A DNA stretch of 64,000 nucleotides from Balanoglossus misakiensis (Eukaryota > Animalia > Hemichordata). The notes below the pieces were generated by a model. The model searched no databases. It was not told the DNA's origin and saw nothing but the letters and a program-made list of their open reading frames with translations. Position numbers and translations under genes: made by a program. The first letter of the stretch is position 1, and every line of letters starts with the position of its first letter. The stretch covers positions 124,001 to 188,000 of the forward strand of contig JBECUI020000025.1 of NCBI GenBank assembly GCA_040954595.2, written 5' to 3'. Below are positions 57,993-64,000 of this stretch, one piece after another.

Positions 57993-60900
57993 ATGGTATT
58001 TAAGTTTTGTATGCGGGTTTTATTTGTTCTTTCATTGTTTATTGCTTTTATCAGCATGTCATGTGATGACTTATTTGACACACTATCCTCAGCAGTACCC
58101 CCAGTGGAGAGCATAACAGTTAGCACTGTAGGTGCTGAAAATATTACCCTTCAATGGATTGCCCCCGATCTGAACGTTATGAGGTATATTATTAAGTTAT
58201 CTCCGATAAATGGCACTGATCCTATCGTGGCAACCCTATCTCCCGATAGCTTGGAAGAAAAAGATAATAAGTATACATATGTCGTAACAGGGCTAACACC
58301 GGGAGAAGAATATCTGATAGAAATTACAGTACAAACAAGCACGGGGGAATCGGACCCGGTATCACCTGTTGGGAACGGTGGAAAGATAAGCACCAGATCT
58401 CTTGAACAATCCCCGGGTCAGGTAGGAAGCATTACCGTTCTTGAACAAAATAGAACATCACTTATCCTTACGTGGTCAAGTGTAACCCGTGGACGCGGAG
58501 TAAGCGGTAACGAACTAGATACGCACTACGAAGTATACCTCGCAGGAACGGAAGCAAACGCGGCATCGATCGCGATTGAGGAAAACAAGAAGAACCCCAA
58601 GCAGTTACTTGATACGACCTTTGAGATTACCGGACTGAGTGAAGCAAGAACCTACTACGTCGTAGTTATGGCACATACAGTATCCGGAAATGTAGCCCCG
58701 AGTATAAGTACCGTGCATGTTGTTAATACCAGTAGCCCAACCGATAATTCTACTCCTCCAAGTATGCCGGTGAATATTAGTAAAAATAATGATGAAAAAA
58801 CCGCAAACACTTTGTCGTTGACCTGGACGCCATCTACACCGGGCAAGCAATTTGACGGTCTTGCCGATGCCATAACTCGCTACTCGGTAAACTTCCGGGA
58901 AAACGCTGAGGCAGAATGGATAGATGTATACGACGAGAATCCAACTGATGAGGCAATTACAATGAGCGGGCTCGCAGGAGGAAGGAATTACGAAATTAGA
59001 GTACAGGCAATCAATGGTGATAATCCGGCACAGTATAGCGAATGGAGCCCCCCGACAGTACTTGCCAGTAATGGCATACGCGGGGTAACAATTATGTATG
59101 AGGGACAGGCTGCTCCTGATACATTAGAGATAGAACAGAGTACTATCCTATCCCTCAGTGTTACCATTGAACAGATAAATACAGCAGAAGCTGCCACCTG
59201 GAGCAGTACGGACACAACTGTCGCATCCGTAGACAACTTTGGACAGGTAGGGGCAACTACGATAGGAACTGCCATTATTACGGTAAACGTAGGAGATAAG
59301 AGTGACAGTGTTTCTGTCAATGTTGGTCCTCGATCAATGAGCAGATATATGTTGAACTACGAAGACGAAGTGGAAACAAGCATTGGAGTAGAACACACCT
59401 ACATCCCTTCTACAGATATTCCTCCCCATGCCCGCCCTTCGTATAGCATTGCAACAAGCACTACAAGTAATGCCCTGCCCAATGGGATTACTATTGATCC
59501 AGAAACCGGCATTATAACTGTCGGTGAGGAGGAAGTTCCGACAGGGAATTATGTACTTACAGTTACTGCTACTCCAACAAATGATTCCTACAGTGGTTTT
59601 ATAAGAGCAGACCTGACTATTACTGTTACTGAGATATTATTAGAGTACAAACCGGATATGAATACCGCTGCAAGAAACTATTTTACTATCGGTGATATTA
59701 ACAATCCCTTCCTCTTTACCCTTCCGAGTGAGGCAACAGCAACAGGATTATCGGCAAGCATGATAATACGCGACGCAGAAAATGCTGATACAATAATCTA
59801 TGACAGTGATGGTACAGATATTGTAAGCGATGAAAACAGCGTCGTCGGCATAGGTCCCAAACTGGTATATAGAGACTGGGTGCTTTTCATCTTACCAGTA
59901 CCAAGGCTAGATATAGCCATCTATCTTACCAAAAACGGTACCACTACCAAGATTGTGAAAACAAGCAAGGAACGCACCGGCAGTGGTGATATGTATAGTT
60001 GGCGCGACCTTCAAGCAATGGAATATGATTATGCCGGGCATTATGCCTTGAAAACAAACATCAGTTTCCCCCAGCCGGGAAACTACGGCTTCCCGACAGA
60101 GGGCTTTCAACCAATAGGAACAAATACAATTTTTACCGGAACCCTGACAGGATTGGGAGCAGATAATACGCCCTATACCATTACGGACCTATACATAAAC
60201 TACCCTGAAAAAAATAACACCGGGCTCTTTGAAAATATTGCTGAGATTGACTCTGAACCTGCCATTGTTGAAGATATTGTTTTTGTTGACCCGTATATCC
60301 GTGGCAAATACATGGTCGGAGTAGTTGCTAGTCGTCTGACATCCGGAACGATTCGCAATATCAGCATTCGTTTACAAAACAGGTTAGGAATTACTGTACG
60401 AGCGGAAGCAACATCCGCATCGTATGTTGGAGGAATTACAGGCAGTATTACCCAAGGGATCGTCTCGGCAGATAGCCAAGCTAATGTATCAGCTGCAGGT
60501 GACCGTGTTGGTGGACTGGTAGGCAGTAGCAGTGGAACAGTAATTGGCTCGGTCTCTGGAAGCGTAACCGGAAACATCTATGCCGGCGGGCTCGTGGGCT
60601 ATAATAATGCCGGAATAGTACAGGGCTCATTTTCAGGTACGGTAAGCGCTGAGAGTCAGGTTGGTGGATTGGTCGGATATAATAATGCGGCAACCGTAAC
60701 TGGTTATGTAACCGGCAATGTTACTGCCACTACCGTGGGTGGTGGATTGGTTGGGGGAAATTTTGGTACCCTTGTTGGATATATGACAGGCGATGTTGTT
60801 GGTGATTCTCTTATCGGCGGACTTGCATCTCAGAATGTTGGAACAATCGTTGGGTATGCTACAGGAAATATTACAGCAAAAGAAACTTCAGGCGGATTAC

Positions 60901-61370
60901 TGGCACAGCAGATCAGTGGCAGCATACATGCTTATTCGCTGAGCCCTGTAACTGGAGAAGGCAGTACTGCTACTCTCGGTTTAATTCTTTCACAGTTAAG
61001 CGGCGGAGATATCTTTACCTACTTCGACCGGTCAAAAATTGATAGCGACCCCGCAATATCAGTTATCAGTACCGGGACTCCGAATGCCGGAAACTATGCA
61101 GAAGAGGTATCGAATGCGGCAACACTGGAACAGCGAGGCAGTATTGGATCATACAGCTACTACAGCGATGATGGGGATCCATCAACAAGCGATAGTGGTA
61201 CCGAGTTATTTCAAGACTTCGTATTTCAGCAGACAAACGGTGCACATGATGACACCCAAGCCCTACCTGATGAACTGGGAAGCTGGATATGGACAGCGGA
61301 TCAACAGTGGCCGACTCTCTGGGATACGGAAGATAAGAAATATTTCGGCGTACAGCCTATTAATCAATAA
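57993..61370 (+). CDS. Surface lipoprotein F (same family)
   Basis: AGAGG RBS before ATG 57993; signal ending FISMSC; FN3/Ig-like domains; YFTIGDINNPFLF, DMYSWRDLQAM and WPTLWDT...YFGVQP. Confidence 0.87.
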   Translation: MVFKFCMRVLFVLSLFIAFISMSCDDLFDTLSSAVPPVESITVSTVGAENITLQWIAPDLNVMRYIIKLSPINGTDPIVATLSPDSLEEKDNKYTYVVTGLTPGEEYLIEITVQTSTGESDPVSPVGNGGKISTRSLEQSPGQVGSITVLEQNRTSLILTWSSVTRGRGVSGNELDTHYEVYLAGTEANAASIAIEENKKNPKQLLDTTFEITGLSEARTYYVVVMAHTVSGNVAPSISTVHVVNTSSPTDNSTPPSMPVNISKNNDEKTANTLSLTWTPSTPGKQFDGLADAITRYSVNFRENAEAEWIDVYDENPTDEAITMSGLAGGRNYEIRVQAINGDNPAQYSEWSPPTVLASNGIRGVTIMYEGQAAPDTLEIEQSTILSLSVTIEQINTAEAATWSSTDTTVASVDNFGQVGATTIGTAIITVNVGDKSDSVSVNVGPRSMSRYMLNYEDEVETSIGVEHTYIPSTDIPPHARPSYSIATSTTSNALPNGITIDPETGIITVGEEEVPTGNYVLTVTATPTNDSYSGFIRADLTITVTEILLEYKPDMNTAARNYFTIGDINNPFLFTLPSEATATGLSASMIIRDAENADTIIYDSDGTDIVSDENSVVGIGPKLVYRDWVLFILPVPRLDIAIYLTKNGTTTKIVKTSKERTGSGDMYSWRDLQAMEYDYAGHYALKTNISFPQPGNYGFPTEGFQPIGTNTIFTGTLTGLGADNTPYTITDLYINYPEKNNTGLFENIAEIDSEPAIVEDIVFVDPYIRGKYMVGVVASRLTSGTIRNISIRLQNRLGITVRAEATSASYVGGITGSITQGIVSADSQANVSAAGDRVGGLVGSSSGTVIGSVSGSVTGNIYAGGLVGYNNAGIVQGSFSGTVSAESQVGGLVGYNNAATVTGYVTGNVTATTVGGGLVGGNFGTLVGYMTGDVVGDSLIGGLASQNVGTIVGYATGNITAKETSGGLLAQQISGSIHAYSLSPVTGEGSTATLGLILSQLSGGDIFTYFDRSKIDSDPAISVISTGTPNAGNYAEEVSNAATLEQRGSIGSYSYYSDDGDPSTSDSGTELFQDFVFQQTNGAHDDTQALPDELGSWIWTADQQWPTLWDTEDKKYFGVQPINQ

Positions 61371-61397
61371 AAACGACCTTCCATCGGGAAGGTCGGG
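61369..61397. terminator. Hairpin between convergent gene F and tRNA-Asp
   Basis: CGACCTTCC-ATCG-GGAAGGTCG, with an A run on the left (U tail for the minus strand). Confidence 0.75.
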
Positions 61398-61400
61398 AAA

Positions 61401-61474
61401 CGGGAACGACGGGACTTGAACCCGCGATCTCCGGCTTGACAGGCCGGCGCGATAACCAGCTTCGCTACGCTCCC
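61401..61474 (-). tRNA. tRNA-Asp (GTC), CCA not encoded
   Basis: Reverse complement GGGAGCGTAGCGAAGCTGGTTATCGCGCCGGCCTGTCAAGCCGGAGATCGCGGGTTCAAGTCCCGTCGTTCCCG folds as a cloverleaf with anticodon GTC and GGTTCAA T-arm. Confidence 0.96.
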
Positions 61475-61532
61475 AATGTGCAGATTTTATCATACGCCGG
61501 CTAGCATTGTCAAGCATACTGGAAAGACAAAA

Positions 61533-61567
61533 TAAAAAAAAAACAGCGCCCTTTCTGGACGCTGTTT
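61533..61567 (-). terminator. Intrinsic terminator of hsp20
   Basis: AAACAGCG...CGCTGTTT stem followed by a long T run on the minus strand. Confidence 0.8.
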
Positions 61568-61576
61568 ATGCCACCA

Positions 61577-61993
61577 TTACTCTGATTGAATATCGATTTT
61601 CTTCGCTTTCTCTTCCTCCTTGAGTGGCAGGCTGATGGTCAACAAACCGTTCAGCATCTTTGCACTGATCCTGTTCACATCAACGTTATCCGGGATCCGA
61701 TACCGCCTGAAAGATTCCTTGCCTTCGTCCTTCTTTGCACGAACCGTCAGTTCTACTCCCTGTACCGACATATCTACATCCTGCTTTGAAAAACCGGACA
61801 ATTCGATATCAATCTCATAACCCTCATCTAGTCGACGAGTGTTATGTGCTCGTGTAGGTGCCGAATGGCACCCCCCACCATGATGAACATCACAACTCCC
61901 GGAATGGGCAGAATGGTCAAAAACGCTGTTATGATGGACATCACAACACATTGAATCAACAACATCTCTTAAAAATGGAACTACATACATCAT
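61577..61993 (-). CDS. Hsp20/alpha-crystallin small heat-shock protein with His/Cys-rich N-terminus
   Basis: YEIDIELSGFSKQDV, ISAKMLNGLLTISLP and C-terminal IDI motif; AGGAGG RBS. Confidence 0.92.
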   Translation of the reverse strand: MMYVVPFLRDVVDSMCCDVHHNSVFDHSAHSGSCDVHHGGGCHSAPTRAHNTRRLDEGYEIDIELSGFSKQDVDMSVQGVELTVRAKKDEGKESFRRYRIPDNVDVNRISAKMLNGLLTISLPLKEEEKAKKIDIQSE

Positions 61994-62018
61994 TGCACTT
62001 CCTCCTTACTAGAATATA

Positions 62019-62034
62019 TGCAATTAGCGTGCCA
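62019..62034 (-). promoter_or_regulatory. Sigma54 (-24/-12) promoter of hsp20
   Basis: Minus strand TGGCAC-GCTAA-TTGCA matches the TGGCAC-N5-TTGC consensus. Confidence 0.8.
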
Positions 62035-62099
62035 AAAAGTCTATGAAAAATAAGTATTGATAAATCAACACTTTCTGCATTTCAGGAGAATGGGCTTTG

Positions 62100-62235
62100 T
62101 GTATCAATATGGAGCATGTGTCTCATAATGATACACTAGGAATGTTTAGTAATAAAAGTATCTTATTTTGATACAAATCTCAATGAAAGGAGCTATACAT
62201 GTATCAAAACGATACACTTGTCTCATATTGCTACA
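62100..62235. promoter_or_regulatory. Five 17-bp palindromic sites TGT(A/C)TCA-N3-TGATACA (candidate enhancer-binding-protein sites)
   Basis: 62100 TGTATCAATATGGAGCA; 62119 TGTCTCATAATGATACA; 62159 TATCTTATTTTGATACA; 62200 TGTATCAAAACGATACA; 62219 TGTCTCATATTGCTACA. Confidence 0.7.
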
Positions 62236-62283
62236 CTTCTCTGCTCTTGCCAGAAGAAAAAAATTCCGATATAATGAGAAGAA

Positions 62284-63405
62284 ATGAAATATTTTTTCAT
62301 GCTTTTCACATTACTCAGTATGCTATTCATAGTACCGAAGCTCTCTGCACAGAACTTCCAGTCAAAGGAAGTAGAATTCTACGTAGAGATTGTTGCTGAG
62401 GGACTTGACGTTCCATGGGATATCGAAGTTGAAAAGAACGGACGAATATTTATCCTGGAACGCCGTGGTATCATTAACATTCTTGAAGAGAAACAGATCC
62501 GCGTCTATCATCAATTTATCGACATCTATCACTTAGGACAGGGTGGGCTCTTCGATATGAGCATTGACCCGGAATATGCAACAAACGGCTTTGTCTATAT
62601 CAGTAGGACTATACAACGAAATGACAAGGTAATAACGCGATTATCTCGCTTCCTGGATACAGGTGAAGAGCTCATTGATGAGGTAGTTCTATACGATGCC
62701 ACTCCAACTGGGTTCCCGAATAACTTTGGTGGAAGAATGCTTATTGACTTGCAAAATAAGTTGTACCTAACAGTTGGTGACCGCGGCATGCCCCCATTTG
62801 CACAAAATCTTGACAATCTCAACGGCACTATTATCAGGCTCAATCTTGATGGTACAGTGCCTGGGGATAATCCATTTGTATACAAAAACGGCGTTCTTCG
62901 AGAAATATATAGCTACGGGCACCGAAATCCACAGGGCTTGGCTGTTCATCCACTAAATGGGCTTATATACGCCGTAGAACATGGTCCTGCAGGATATGAC
63001 GCGCCTGCTGGTGGTGATGAGATCAATATTATTTCGGAAGGAAAGAACTACGGATGGCCTGTTATTTATCACCAGAAGCAACGGCGAAACATGCTTTCAC
63101 CAATTACTTCTTTCACCCCATCTACTTCTCCTGCTGATGCTGTTTTCTACGATGGGCAGATGTTTCCGGAATGGCAATACAATCTGTTAGTAGGGAATCT
63201 GCGGGATATGTCCATTCATCGTATTCAGTTGAACGGGGAAGGAACTGTGCAGGAATATGAAGCCCTTCTTGTTGGCAGATATGGTCGTATACGCGCGCTT
63301 GGGGTGGATGTAGATGGAAGCATTCTCTTTGCGACATCACAGGGAGACCAAATCGATGTTGTAAATCAGGATCGTGTTCTTCGTATTATTCGTGGAAAGA
63401 AATAA
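62284..63405 (+). CDS. PQQ-dependent sugar dehydrogenase (Sdh/YliI family), secreted
   Basis: Motifs GLDVPW, GQGGLFD, YSYGHRNPQG, EHGP and GKNYGWP; signal peptide. Confidence 0.92.
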   Translation: MKYFFMLFTLLSMLFIVPKLSAQNFQSKEVEFYVEIVAEGLDVPWDIEVEKNGRIFILERRGIINILEEKQIRVYHQFIDIYHLGQGGLFDMSIDPEYATNGFVYISRTIQRNDKVITRLSRFLDTGEELIDEVVLYDATPTGFPNNFGGRMLIDLQNKLYLTVGDRGMPPFAQNLDNLNGTIIRLNLDGTVPGDNPFVYKNGVLREIYSYGHRNPQGLAVHPLNGLIYAVEHGPAGYDAPAGGDEINIISEGKNYGWPVIYHQKQRRNMLSPITSFTPSTSPADAVFYDGQMFPEWQYNLLVGNLRDMSIHRIQLNGEGTVQEYEALLVGRYGRIRALGVDVDGSILFATSQGDQIDVVNQDRVLRIIRGKK

Positions 63406-64000
63406 TGAGAAGGACACCGGATATATACTGCCCCGCTTCTCTTAATAATCCTCTGCTCTTCTGCGGCATGACCCTTCGTAGTTTAGAGTCTTTTCCTGAT
63501 ACCGGCTTTGATATCGGGAATGCAGAACATAGAGAGTGCTTTGAAACATTCATTCAGCCCTTCCAGTTACGTATGATGCATCGCCAAATGCACAGTACAA
63601 CTGTACACATCATAGATGATATAAATCCTCGAAGCGATTTGGAAGGGGATGGGCTTTTGACAAAGATACCGGGATTGTTGCTTGGCGTCCGAGTTGCTGA
63701 CTGTGCTGCAATTCTTCTGCATGATGCCGAACAAGATGTCCTTGCTGTTTTACATGCCGGATGGCGTGGATGTACAAAAAACATTGCCCGGACGGGAGTA
63801 GAGGCTATGCAAAATAATTACGGAACTGTCATTGATAATATTCATGCACATATATTTCCTGCTGCAGGACCGGATGCATACGAGGTCAAAGAAGATGTCG
63901 CCGCCTTGTTCCATGCCCCGAGTGATGTTGAGCAACGGGGAAATCAATACTACTTAAATATGCACGCAGTTATTCACAGACAACTAGAAGAAGCAGGAAT
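63405..64000 (+). CDS. pgeF: YfiH/PgeF polyphenol-oxidase-like protein (runs off the window; absent from the ORF track)
   Basis: ATG overlaps the upstream TAA (TAATG). Translation gives QMHS, DGLLT, VADCAAILL and HAGWRG. Confidence 0.9.
   Translation, partial: MRRTPDIYCPASLNNPLLFCGMTLRSLESFPDTGFDIGNAEHRECFETFIQPFQLRMMHRQMHSTTVHIIDDINPRSDLEGDGLLTKIPGLLLGVRVADCAAILLHDAEQDVLAVLHAGWRGCTKNIARTGVEAMQNNYGTVIDNIHAHIFPAAGPDAYEVKEDVAALFHAPSDVEQRGNQYYLNMHAVIHRQLEEAG

Noticed and set aside
57993-61474. Genomic island integrated at tRNA-Asp
   Set aside because: No integrase was found, and I saw no duplicate of the tRNA 3' end in the window.
63554-63947. Two minus-strand ORFs at the right edge
   Set aside because: They are antisense to the pgeF-like gene, which has clear family motifs on the + strand.

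Overview
Bacterial chromosomal window, probably from a spirochaete. This is an inference from the spirochaete-style lipoboxes (FISC/VFSC/LASC) and the DAHP synthase-prephenate dehydratase fusion. About 36 of the 64 kb encode giant predicted surface lipoproteins: one BspA/DUF285-repeat protein and six paralogues of one family (lipobox, FN3/Ig-like stalk, GLUG-like Gly-rich repeats, conserved C-terminal P-x-LWD-x5-YFG-x-QP motif). Four of the six are in tandem (9.4-33.8 kb). Two of those form a ~6.86-kb near-identical duplication that has a divergent tip region, poly-G tracts of different length (G19/G17) beside the promoters, and a structured G-rich ~155-bp repeat at every junction. Together this looks like an uncharacterised surface-variation locus. 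At the left edge, an E1-beta/lipoyl ORF joins a FabH domain only through a -1 shift at an in-frame A_AAA_AAG heptamer. It is followed by a duplicated sRNA-like element. The rest is housekeeping: msrB, hisI, mutY, trpS, pdhABC-lpd, htpG, leuS, aroF-pheA, tRNA-Asp, a sigma54-type hsp20 with enhancer-like palindromes, and partial pgeF. No integrase, transposase, reverse transcriptase or cas gene was seen.
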